Source: Mactra antiquata (lineage: Eukaryota). Taken from it: 64,000 nt of DNA. Positions 23,086 to 33,674 of this stretch are shown piece after piece; position 1 is the first letter of the stretch, and every line of letters begins with the position of its first letter. Under the pieces are notes generated by a model that saw only the letters and a list, made by a program, of their open reading frames with translations, did no database searches and was not told the origin of the DNA. The stretch is from positions 32,689,354 to 32,753,353 of the forward strand of contig CM103819.1 in assembly GCA_047288015.1 (NCBI GenBank). Reading direction: 5' to 3'. A program made the position numbers and the translations under genes.

Positions 23086-23569
23086 CAATAAAGATTTCAA
23101 TGGATAACAGATATAAAATGCTGAGCAGGATAATTATTTGATTCTACATGGTTGTTGCAGTATTTAAAAACAAGAGCCGGTCGAACCGGGTGATGCTCCC
23201 TGAAAAAAATTTTAGACACAGAGAAGCAGTTTGACAATAAAGTATTTACCATATTCAGCATAAAGATATAATGTAAAGTGTAAAAATAAAAACGGGCAAT
23301 AACTACAAAATAAGGCAAGGCAGAGTTACAGTTCTTATGCACTGCACTTCCACTTGATGAGATCTATCTACCTACAAGTTTCATGTTGGTACCTCTTGCA
23401 GTTTCAGAGTTATGTCCCAGACAAGAAAATGCTAGGGACGGACATGAGGACATATGGACATACAGACACATGGACATGCGGACTGACAAAGCGTCGACTA
23501 TATACTCTCCCTTCAGGGAGCAAAAACAAACAACTAGTAAGAGAATCAATGAAAGAAAAGAGCACATAC

Positions 23570-23730
23570 CCAGTTAAAGAAGACATCAAGTGTGTTTCAA
23601 CTCTCTGAAATTCCTCACAAGATTTAGGTAAGTTTTCTACCAGACATCTTAAAGCTTTATATTTACTTTGTGTACTTGATGTCATGGACCAATCTGTAGC
23701 TTCACTCACTGATATCATGTCCTTTACAAG
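23570..23730 (-). CDS. PARP4: PARP4-like exon 8, regulatory domain (LVKDMISVSEATDWSMTSSTQSKYKALRCLVENLPKSCEEFQRVETHLMSSLT)
   Basis: Acceptor TTTTATAG, donor G|GTATGT. Resembles human SLAKYRALRCKIEHVEQNTEEFLRVRKEV. 161 nt, phase 0 in, 2 out. Confidence 0.7.
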
Positions 23731-24948
23731 CTATAAAATACAAAATATACATTATATCAGAGGTATAGATCCTTACATTTTTCTAGGAGGATGGGGTCGG
23801 ACATAATTTTCATTTTGAATCTATTTGTTAACATCTGTTACATCTACACATACATGCATTCAAAAGGGCATTTTTTTCAACATATTTCACAAGCATGTTA
23901 AAAAATATCAGTTGTAGCTGCATACAGCTAGTAAACTCAGGTAGTCATGAATTTTTATCATTTACTCATAGTAATTACCTACAGTACATTGTATTTCTAA
24001 GACTGAAAATTAATACATTTTTTTTAGATTCTAGTCTTTGCTTATTTGTTACAACAAAATTTAATGTAAAATATATCTGCTAATGAAATACGATGAATCA
24101 TTTTGTCTGGATATAAATACTTAAGCATGAGAAAGGCCCAATAGTTTCACTTCTTTATTGTTTGTATTGAAATAGTATTGTTTAATAATATCATTATTTT
24201 CATTTGCTTCACCTGTACAACTTGTGAAATTTATATATAATTATGTACTTTGATAACAACCATTTTGCTTTCAATAATTTGTTTGTTAAAATGTGCTTCA
24301 AAGAATTGATATTCAGTGGGTCCTATCATAACAATCTCACAACTGAACATGTTTTGCTTTTGATTTTTTTTTTTTAGTGGGAATTCTTGTGAAAAATCAG
24401 TGTAACACTTTCTCATTTGATTTTGGATTTTATTTTATAATCTGGATTCTCTAATATTAGCAGATATTTTTTTTGTCATGCAAAATAATATTTTCCATTA
24501 TAATCTGGTACAAAATACTAGACTTATTATATTCCTTATGCTAGAGACATTTATTATTTTATTCTTAGTAAGGGCATAGACAAATTATCCACATCGAAAA
24601 GATAGAACACTTTGTTCAGGCAATGCATGGACTTTCTCTGCTCAAGTAATTTTTTGTCTAAGCATATTAATAAAACATTACGAGCTAAAAATCATTTTTA
24701 AACAAAGTAATATTGAAGACAGCAATTCATAAGCCTAATTTAATAGATTTTCAAAGGTATAATGTTGTTTGTTTTGGTGAGACAAAAAGGATTTCTGCTA
24801 ATATTAGAGAATCCAGAATATAAAATTCAAAATCAAATAAGAAAGCGTTATATTATGTTATATTACATATATATGTATACTCAGAGTGTCTGACTTGTCT
24901 GCACATAAGGCATTCTTATGAAGCAGTCAGACCCTTATAAAAACTCAC

Positions 24949-25128
24949 CTGACATGTATCCATCTTTCTAGATATCCATGCTTTAAATCTATCATTATCT
25001 GTCACAGAATCCATGATATTATGTGGTATGTTCTTATAGAATTCTGATACTAGGTTAGGTATTGAGTCCATGTCTTTATTATCTATATTAGATTTTATCT
25101 GCTTTAAAACTGCCTCCGCTTTCTCTAT
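24949..25128 (-). CDS. PARP4: PARP4-like exon 7, PARP alpha-helical regulatory domain (IEKAEAVLKQIKS...LVSEFYKNIPHNIMDS...RKMDTCQ)
   Basis: Acceptor CATTATAG, donor CAG|GTGAGT. 60 codons. Resembles human VSKAEGILLLVKAALK...MTEFYRLIPHKG...KKADLCQ. Confidence 0.7.
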
Positions 25129-25149
25129 CTATAATGTAAGAAAATGTGT

Positions 25150-25540
25150 CAACTCTTTTCTTAATTAGATTTAACGGTGTTTTCAACACATATTATAATA
25201 GGTCAGTTCACAGAGGCCAGCTCACCTACCCAGCTTTCCTGAACTGTTTTCTAACACAAGTACTCATTTACCCTTCCACAAGGCCGAGAACACATATTAT
25301 AATAGGTCAGTTCACAGAGGCCAGCTCACCTACCCAGCTTTCCTGAACTGTTTTCTAACACAAGTACTCATTCACTCTTCCACAAGGCAGACAACTTCTA
25401 TGTATACCTTATAAATAGAGGAATATCAACAATTAAGTCAAATTTTCATGGAAGAGTATAACCAGCTGCAGCAGGATTCGAACCCAGGACCTTACGATCC
25501 ATAGTGGAGTGCTTTATCTACTCGGCCACAACTGTGGCTA
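25150..25540 (-). mobile_element. SINE family B copy with an internal ~105-bp tandem duplication (25187-25291 / 25292-25396)
   Basis: ACATATTATAATAGGTCAGTTCACAGAGGCCAGCTCACCTACCCAGCTTTCCTGAACTGTTTTCTAACACAAGTACTCATT.ACCCTTCCACAAGGC repeated twice, then ..GGATTCGAACCCAGGACC. Track ORF 25146..25346 is spurious. Confidence 0.65.
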
Positions 25541-26458
25541 TGTTATATTAGTAAAATCAGTCCTGAAAATGAAGTATAATAAAATGATACATGACTTAGA
25601 GTATAACATCAGCATTGACCAGCTGATGTTGAGTATACTAAGAGCTACTATGCCAATGTCCATGGTGACATAATTTATACAAACTAAAAGTAACAATACT
25701 TTCAACATCTCAAACTAACCTGGGTTTTCACCTATTTACAACCCTTCATTACAGATATAAAATTAATGTATTTCAATAAGTTTATTCTGTATGGCAATTT
25801 TAATGCACTTTCACATTCTGTTGTGAAGTGTCTTTTTATTAAAACGATTGAAGACATTACATGCTACTTGTTATCGCTTAAGTGACAAGACATGAATGTT
25901 AAGAAGGCTGATACAGTTATTAAGAAGCTGTTTCAGCTTGTATTGGATTTAGATTAATTCAAGAATACTTAAGTCAATAAAATAGTTTACATTCTCATCT
26001 TAGAGTGCATAAAGCTATTTACTGATTATGCCAAATGTATTTCAGAATGTTTAAAACTTTATTAATCTCACATAAGTTCCAAGTAAGCACAGCATTAAAA
26101 AATTTAATCTCAGTCAGCAATTGAATACACAGGGTTGCTCATGATATCAGAATAAATCTCTAAATAAAAGTACCACTGTTAACCAACTGTATACCCTCCA
26201 TCATCTATATACAGATTGCTGCTTACCAAATCAGGGTATATCTACATTCAATTACGCTGCTCGCAAAAAATTGTGTAGTAAACTTAAAGTACAAAGATCG
26301 TACTAAACACATTTAAGGTTTCAATTCAGGCATTCGGGAATGATTCTTATCATCATACAAATTTTGCCAAGAATACAACATCAGACAAAAATTTATACAC
26401 TACAAGTGTATTCCTCAATATACCAATATATATGATGTAATATCTAAGAATGTCTTAC

Positions 26459-26596
26459 TTGTTCAAGTTTTATATTAGTTATCGGTACACTAATAATAGT
26501 CTCTAATTCACCAAGAGCTTCATACCATATATGTTGTACAAGTTGACTGACTTCATCTGATAGATTACAACTCTCTATACCTAGTTCTCCTGTCAT
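26459..26596 (-). CDS. PARP4: PARP4-like exon 6 (MTGELGIESCNLSDEVSQLVQHIWYEALGELETIISVPITNIKLEQ)
   Basis: Acceptor TTATTACAG, donor CAA|GTAAGA. Resembles human LSQEVSDLVEMIWAEALGHLEHMLLKPVNRISLNDV. Phase 0/0. Confidence 0.65.
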
Positions 26597-27140
26597 CTGT
26601 AATAACAGTGAAAATAAACAAAATGTTTATCATTGTAGCAGAGCCATTTCAATGGAGTGAAAATGAGACTCTCAAGCATGTTTTCATGGGATCTTTTTCT
26701 CTTTGGCTAAATTATGTGTGAAAAGAATGCAATATTTTTACTCCTATGTGTAAATCACCCGTTTAAAAGCCTAACAACTCACAACAAATACACTGTTGTG
26801 TATCTTTCAAACCGTATCTGAGTCTGATTCAGTGATAGCCTAACATTAAGCATTAGAAGAAGGCAGAAAAGTTCCAATTGTGATTACCCTTCTCCATGTA
26901 TAACATAGTTATCACTCATCCACTTCCACTAAAAGCTGACTGAACGAAATAAAAAACAATTTCAAACAAAAGTTAGAAAGGTAAAATTTCTTGGAACTTT
27001 CAGACCTCAAAAAGTGACTTAGACCAAAAAATGACTTTGACAAAAATGACTTAGACCACAAAAAGTGACTCAGTCCACAAAAAGTGACTTAGACCATAAA
27101 AATTGACTAAGGTACTGTAGTATTAAAGAACTTAATTTAC

Positions 27141-27296
27141 CTGACAGAATTTTTCTGATCCAATATTCTGAGAGAATATTTTATGGGTCAAGGTCATTCC
27201 CTGTTGTTGTTGTTGTTTATATAAATAACTATATATAGCTAATACTTCATCTACATTACAACAAAATCTATACTCAAAACTTCCACAACCTGATTT
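27141..27296 (-). CDS. PARP4: PARP4-like exon 5 (KSGCGSFEYRFCCNVDEVLAIYSYLYKQQQQQGMTLTHKIFSQNIGSEKFCQ)
   Basis: Acceptor CTTTTTCAG, donor CAG|GTAAAT. 52 codons, phase 0/0. Contains an in-frame CAA/CAG poly-Gln tract. Confidence 0.5.
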
Positions 27297-27362
27297 CTGA
27301 AAAAGTATGAAAAGATTAAGTTTGAAGAATAAAATAAAATAGGAAATGTAATCACATTAAAC

Positions 27363-28073
27363 TACAGTTGAATTAAGATTTTAAGAAATGTGATTTTTCG
27401 AAATTCGGCGAAATTTGACATAGATCTGCAGTCCAAACATTTGCTCCTATACATTTAATGTTAAATCACGCAATTATTCAAAACGCCATTTCTCGAAATT
27501 TGGGCAAATTCGACAACTTTTCGTAGTCTGCCGCACATAAAATTAACAACCAGAAATTAAACATGATTTTTCAAAATTAGTGTCTAATCACGAGTAGTTC
27601 ACACCTCCAATTGTCTATCTTTACAAAGTCAATTAACTTTACTCACAATTGTTCGACAGCTTATTAATGCGTGTTTTTCACACCCTGTATTCGATTCTCC
27701 AAACTTGCTTACGTAAATTGATCATTTTATGTAACATATTGTAAATCAGTTTAACTTCTTTATTAATTCTGCCATTGCCGATCCCCAGCTTGAGTGACAA
27801 AAGGACGGATTTAAAACCAAGTCAAAATTAAAATCAATGATGATATCAATAAAATGTCTATTTGTACATAATGAATTTCTGTTATTATGTAAATCAACAA
27901 CGATAGAAAAAGGACAACTCTGCGATCATTACTCAGGGTAACTATCACGACGCTGTGATTTTATGCCAAACATTGAATTTTCCGCGATATGTCAATTCAC
28001 AAGTTTTCGAAATCGCGATTTTTCAAAGTTTTGGCCAGTTCGAAGCCAATTCGAAAAATCTTAATTCAACTGT
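27363..28073. mobile_element. MITE (~710 bp) with TIRs CAGTTGAATTAAGATTTT and TA TSD (Tc1/mariner-type), in a PARP4 intron
   Basis: TA|CAGTTGAATTAAGATTTT at the left, AAAATCTTAATTCAACTG|TA at the right. Internal direct repeats TTTCGAAATT(C/T)GGCGAAATTTG / TTCGAAATTTGGGCAAATTCG. Confidence 0.65.
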
Positions 28074-28674
28074 AATTACAATTTCTACTTTACTTGCATC
28101 CATGGTCCAGTACATGTAGTTAAGGTTACTGACTTCCAATCACTGTAACCACTCATTGATAGAGCATCATGGGTTTGAGCAAAACAACCATCCACGGCAC
28201 TTTATGACAAAAAGTAGGTATTTACTTAGGAATGATGGAAGTGTGGTACAGATGCATACCAGGAAGGATGGTTATGTGAATTGTCCACCTCAAATGACTC
28301 TGTCAAAAACTAGTATAAAACAAACCAAGCCAAACCAAACAAGCAATTTCCATCAATTACAAAGTACATTATCCTTTAAACAACAATTTGAATTTCACTG
28401 TGTATACATTTATTTTAGCCTGATTTGAAACTAGTCTTATCAAACTATATTGATCACTCAGGCATCTGCTTCCTTGTCCCCGTAATACTAAGAAATAAGG
28501 GGGAAATATTTTGCACATTAAAAAAATTGCACAGAGACTGATTTTACTAAGGGATAATTATAGACTTAATACATGTAAAATATCTTCAATTAATGAAGAC
28601 AGAAAAAGGTAAGATTGAAAAAAAATTTGATCAATCTAATCATACTGTGATTTCCCCCCAAAAAGTGACCATAC

Positions 28675-28806
28675 CTCAGATTGATGTTTTGATCCAGAAT
28701 GGGATGTAACTCTATACTTATATTGAAACACTGAGTTATTGTGTTTGTATTTATCATCAACATGTATTTCTAGAACTGTAAACATCTGAGCTTTCTTCTC
28801 TTTCTT
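28675..28806 (-). CDS. PARP4: PARP4-like exon 4 (KKEKKAQMFTVLEIHVDDKYKHNNSVFQYKYRVTSHSGSKHQSE)
   Basis: Acceptor CCTTGCAG, donor GAG|GTATGG. 44 codons, phase 0/0. Loose similarity to the human ..RRQFAIKKTSEDASEYFENYIEELKK region. Confidence 0.5.
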
Positions 28807-29826
28807 CTGCAAGGAAAAAAGAAAAGTACAATTTAGTACAATATATTGATTTTGAAACTCATTATAAAGGTCAAGTATAATTTGATATTTTTTCCAATTT
28901 TGAATAAATACATTCTTTGATAGAACTTCAAAACAGAAATGTAATGATGCCATTCTTATCAAATTGGAAAATAAATAGCGAAGATAAGTGATCTGGTACG
29001 GAGCCCCTAAAGCAACATTTTTAAATACTATTTTTATTTTCACAATTATTTCGTTTAAACGTAATATTATTTCATTTAAACTAAATATTATTTTGTTTAA
29101 ACAAAATTATTATTCCCTATTTTCAAAATAATATAATTTCATCTTTTCGAAAAAATCATTACGTTTTTACATAATATTATTTCGTAAATATGAAAAAATT
29201 ATTTAAAAAAATGCAATAATCATTTCGAAAAAAAAGAAATAATATTACATTTAAATTAACCAAATAATTGTGAAAATTCTTTGTGCAAGCTGTCCACAGA
29301 CCATAGGTGTCTGCTGTCTTCAGTTAATTTAAAGAGCAATTTTGTAGGGGGAAATTAAAGAGTTCTTCATCCAGAGGTGTCCGCTCTATAGGAGGTGTTC
29401 ATTATTTCAAGGTCAGAGTGTGATACTATTTTGTTAAACAGTGAACTACAATATGTGTAATAATATACTGGATAGACAGAATTAAAAATGCATCAGGATA
29501 TGGAAATTAAAAAGGAGCAACATCTGAGAGTACATAATAAGAATATTCACAATATTTGTAGTGTCAAGTGTGAATAACAAGTGAAAGTATCCTTGATTAT
29601 TATAATCATCAACTTGCATTCTCAACAGATTACCAGAGTTTCCGATAAAATTCCATCTTAGGAGGGTTTTAAACTTCTTTAGTACATGTAAGACCCAAAA
29701 GTTCTAATAAACGTAGAAAAAGAAACATTCTGATATTTTGAAATACAGGGTTATAAGTTGAGAGTGATTTACAACAAAATGCCTATTAACTATACCACCA
29801 AACTGCTTAACATATAATAATCATAC

Positions 29827-29975
29827 CTCATTAACAAAGATGGCATATTTAGCCAATTGGTATTCAGGTGTAAATATAGGACAATCATCATCCCCCGGAC
29901 TCCAGACCCTGAACTTAGTAACATTGATATACGGCTTAATTGTCTTCTTCTTTTCTGTCTTCTGGAACTTTGAGG
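29827..29975 (-). CDS. PARP4: PARP4-like exon 3 (..VWSPGDDDCPIFTPEYQLAKYAIFVNE)
   Basis: Acceptor TTTTTCAG, donor GAG|GTATGA. Resembles human QCSRDSRDCPFLISSHFLL. Phase consistent (1 in, 0 out). Confidence 0.6.
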
Positions 29976-30863
29976 CTGAAAAATGGATAAAACTATTAGT
30001 ACCAGTAAATTAATGTTGGCATTGCTATTTAAAGTATATAGATAGATCTACAACTGATGTGTTATTTAGCAGAATAATTACTCATAGTATGGTAAGAACC
30101 ATTTCAAAAGGCCTACGTTGAAACAATAATTATTCAATCAATGACTTATAAATACACAAAAGGTTTTTGTACTGTTTAATTTTTGTTCATAAACACAGCT
30201 TCGGTAAGCGTAATAATATTTATCTGACTAAAGATTTATTTTGATATCATGATCAACCTTGTGTATTTAATTGCAGAGGCAGAGTTTTACAAAATTTCTT
30301 TAAGCAGCAGTCATTAGGATGTGAGACCAATAAGATTTTATACATTTTATAATTTATGAGACATAACTGTCAGTTATAGCTTTACTAGTATACACTTCAA
30401 GTTACACAGCTAATTATTTAGTCAGGTTTCCTAGTATATATTGTCAGAAGAACTATCTAGAGAGACTCATAATTAAACCTCCAAATATATCTAATCTGGC
30501 GATCCATGTTTGATTTTGGATTGAGTCAGATAATATCCTTCTATCATGAAAATTCAACAAAAAGGTTGGATTTTCTTCTATAAAATAAGAAATATGATTC
30601 ATTGTAAAGGGTAAGAGAGTTCTGATAAGGTAATTGGTGTGGTTACTTTAAAAACAAAATGTTTATCCGATGAAACACAATCTATGATTGGCCAATTTTT
30701 AAAAAAGAAAATTAATAGAAAATTGAAATCTAGGAATAGAATTTGCAATAGGTTGTCTTCAGATCTACCCATACTGTACAATAGATCAAGTGCTTGTCTT
30801 CAGATCTACTTGTTCTGTACAATAGATCAAGCACTTTAGTCAAACTGATACCAATCTGTTTAC

Positions 30864-31062
30864 CTGGTATTTTTCCAGCAGCCAGTTTATCAGATTTAGT
30901 TTTCCCAGCAATCAAGTAATCATCAGTGTTGAGTATCCTATTCTGTTCAATGCATTGTTTTATCCAATTTATACTAACTACAGGTAAATCATATTTTGCA
31001 GCCATCCTACACTTATAGGAGACATCAGTCTTTTCTGGATCATTACATACAACATGGGTGCT
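30864..31062 (-). CDS. PARP4: PARP4-like exon 2, BRCT domain (STHVVCNDPEK...AAKYDLPVVSINWIKQCIEQNRILNTDDYLIAGK...)
   Basis: Acceptor TTCAG|AGC, donor CAG|GTAAAC. THVV...VS.NW...C BRCT signature. Phase 0 in, phase 1 out, consistent with neighbouring exons. Confidence 0.65.
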
Positions 31063-31289
31063 CTGAAATACAGGAGATATACAGGATGTATATAAAATAT
31101 TATATAAAAAAGGTTAAATGCTGAAACGTTGAAAGAAGTAGAATTCAAACTGATAAAACTTGCATGTGTGTTTTGGTTGGTATTTGGCTACTTAATATTA
31201 TACAATATATTATCAAATTATTGATTTATTCAATTATTTTACCTTAAGTTTACAATTCCAATCCATTCAAACCTGTATGGTGGCATATT

Positions 31290-31720
31290 TCTGCTTTAGA
31301 TAACCACATAATTAACAAGTTTGTTAGGTGGTTAACTAGATACACAACTAGTTAATCACTTAATTAACTTGTTACATATAATGTTAATTAGATATGTAAC
31401 AAGTTTTTTTATATAAATAAAAGATCATAACAGGAAACAAATGTAAGTTAGTGCCTACAACTGCCATTCTTGTATTACTTCACCAGCTTAATGTTAAGTG
31501 GTTAATTAGTTACTTACATGTAACTAGATAACCTCTTACCAGTGAGCAATTTTAGATATGTGTCAACTGATTAACTAGTTACGTACCTACATAACCACCT
31601 ACCAGTTAGCGATTTTGGATATGTGGTAAGTGATTAACTAGTTACATAACTAGCTAACAACTTAACATGTAGCAGGTGACATTGTTACATATGTAATTAT
31701 CTGGTGGCAGAAATATGTCA
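31290..31720. repeat. Palindrome-rich repeat block in PARP4 intron 1: many copies of TAACTAGTTA / GTTAACTAGTTAC and ~62-bp tandem units (31521-31582, 31583-31645)
   Basis: TTAACTAGATACACAACTAGTTAATCACTTAATTAACTTGTTACATAT ... ACCAGT(G/T)AGC(A/G)ATTTT(A/G)GATATGTG..AA.TGATTAACTAGTTAC.TA. Confidence 0.6.
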
Positions 31721-32133
31721 CCATAAACCTGGGCCTGAGGTAATAAAACTTGTGATTGAATGCCATGCTCAAATTCAGTTTTGTTCTCAAAAGATTTCTC
31801 TCTAAATGAGGGATTACATTTGAAAAATCTATTATATTTAAATGCAGTTTACAATATATATATTAGATTCTCCCCCCCCACCCCATCTTGTATTTACATG
31901 ATATTACTACTATACATTATATAATACTTGAAAAGGTGTATATGAAGGCGGAGTTATAAACATAAGAAAAAACAATTCTATAATCAATTCAATAGTCCGT
32001 AGGTTTCTCAAAGAGATAATTCTTTATGAAATTCCTGGTGATTCCTATCACTAGTCCAAATAATGTTTCCAAAGGTTCTGACATGAATAAACTAGGATAC
32101 TTGAAGAGTGTAACAATGAAAAATGTCACCTAC

Positions 32134-32262
32134 CTTTTTTGTTACAATGTATGAAACAATTCCTCCATTTGATGTTATATCCTTCCTTAACTGACTCTTG
32201 TCTTTAAATTTCATAGATGTAGTCAAGTCTGGAACAATCAGTAGTCCTTCAAAGACCGCCAT
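32134..32262 (-). CDS. PARP4: PARP4-like exon 1 (coding part): Met start, BRCT N-terminus (MAVFEGLLIVPDLTTSMKFKDKSQLRKDITSNGGIVSYIVTKK)
   Basis: ATG at 32262 (minus), 43 codons, donor AAG|GTAGGT at 32133. Resembles human PARP4 N-terminus (..KKKLQTDIKENGGKFSFSLNPQ). An acceptor-like TTTTGTTTTAG lies immediately 5' of the ATG, suggesting an upstream 5'UTR exon. Confidence 0.6.
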
Positions 32263-33674
32263 CTTGAATGATCTAAAACAAAAATAAGTGGTTATCATAA
32301 TTTTATAGCTTCAATAACAAAATTAAATATTTGTCACTATTTATGTTTTAAACATAGCCCTACCTAAGTTCACATGGCAAAACAAACTATAATTGTTCAA
32401 TTGCACTGCAAACAAACTAATGCAGTATGTACACCAAACGTGCTAGTCACGCCTTTCTGCATATACATGTATAAAATTAGTTCGAGGAACGGCTGACATT
32501 TGCACTGTTCAACATTTTGACAAACTGGTACTATGACAAAACCTCTGACAACCCTAAATTCACCCATAACTCACCTCATTGATTCCATGGTAAAGAAACT
32601 TCGTACTAATAGCTGTATTCTGGTGGACCAGGAAGAGGGCTTAAGAATGATTGATGATGATCTAATGAAGTAAAATGAACGACAATCGTCATAAATCGTA
32701 TTTTATAAGTTACCTGTCAAATTAAATTTTCACAAGTTCTTCACTTTGTCACTCCAGAAAATTGCATCTAATGGTAAAAGTGGCAGGCAAAGAATATGAC
32801 TAATACACATAAATATCTTAAATGAGTGTTACTAAAATTATAAATGACAAAAACAACCTTCTTCCGTAATGTAAACAGTAAACAAGTAAAAACGGTTTTG
32901 GTTAAAATACAGTTTTCCGTACTCACAATGCGGAAAATACCGAATGACAACCTTTAGCTAAACCGAACAAGCGCCAGTTTGACGTTGACTGGGGTGAGGC
33001 AATTGTTAATTATTGCTATCCCAATTGACTCAATTATTCGGCAACGCTGAATATTGTTACACGATCATATGCAGCGTAAGATTATTTTCTTATTTTGCAT
33101 GCTCAATACGGAAAGCAGGCTTGCAAATATGCGATAAGTCAATGCAATAAAGCATAATCATGCAGTGGTTGGTATTGATTGGTATCAAAGATGTCCTAAT
33201 TCCTATTATTATTTGAAATTATTTATTTTGTTTATTAATTTCTGTACCCCACCCACTCCAACTGCGTTGTCAAATGTTATTTGCCTAAGTCTGTGTAAAA
33301 TATTTCACCCTTTCCTGAATATATACACGTATGGAAAAACATCCAGAACATGGTGTGAAATTTCAAGTGAAATGATTGGGGTCGGGACATGTGATCCCCT
33401 GGAAAAGTGACCCCGGGACGACTGATCCCATAAGCAGGGACAACTGATCCCATAGACAACTGATCCTGTAATATATATTTTCAGTTATTAAAACAACATT
33501 TTAATATTAAATGAAAAAAAATTAAACGTATGGATCGAGATACAGTTTGGAAGATTTTAATGAATTAAAAATGAATTTTTACAAAATTTCACAAACTTGA
33601 TTATGTACATAGTAGTCGGCTTTATGTTGACAGGGGAATTTTAACAATGACATGCGAGTGCCATAATACATGTA

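Noticed and set aside
28807-29043. Upstream part of the 135-aa ORF 28636..29043(-)
   Set aside because: Reads through the exon 4 acceptor into intronic repeat sequence; only 28675-28806 matches PARP4 and has a proper AG acceptor.
33420-33470. Short CAACTGATCCC tandem motif (GACTGATCCCATAAGCAGGGACAACTGATCCCATAGACAACTGATCC)
   Set aside because: Only about 3 imperfect copies; low-complexity microrepeat of no evident significance.
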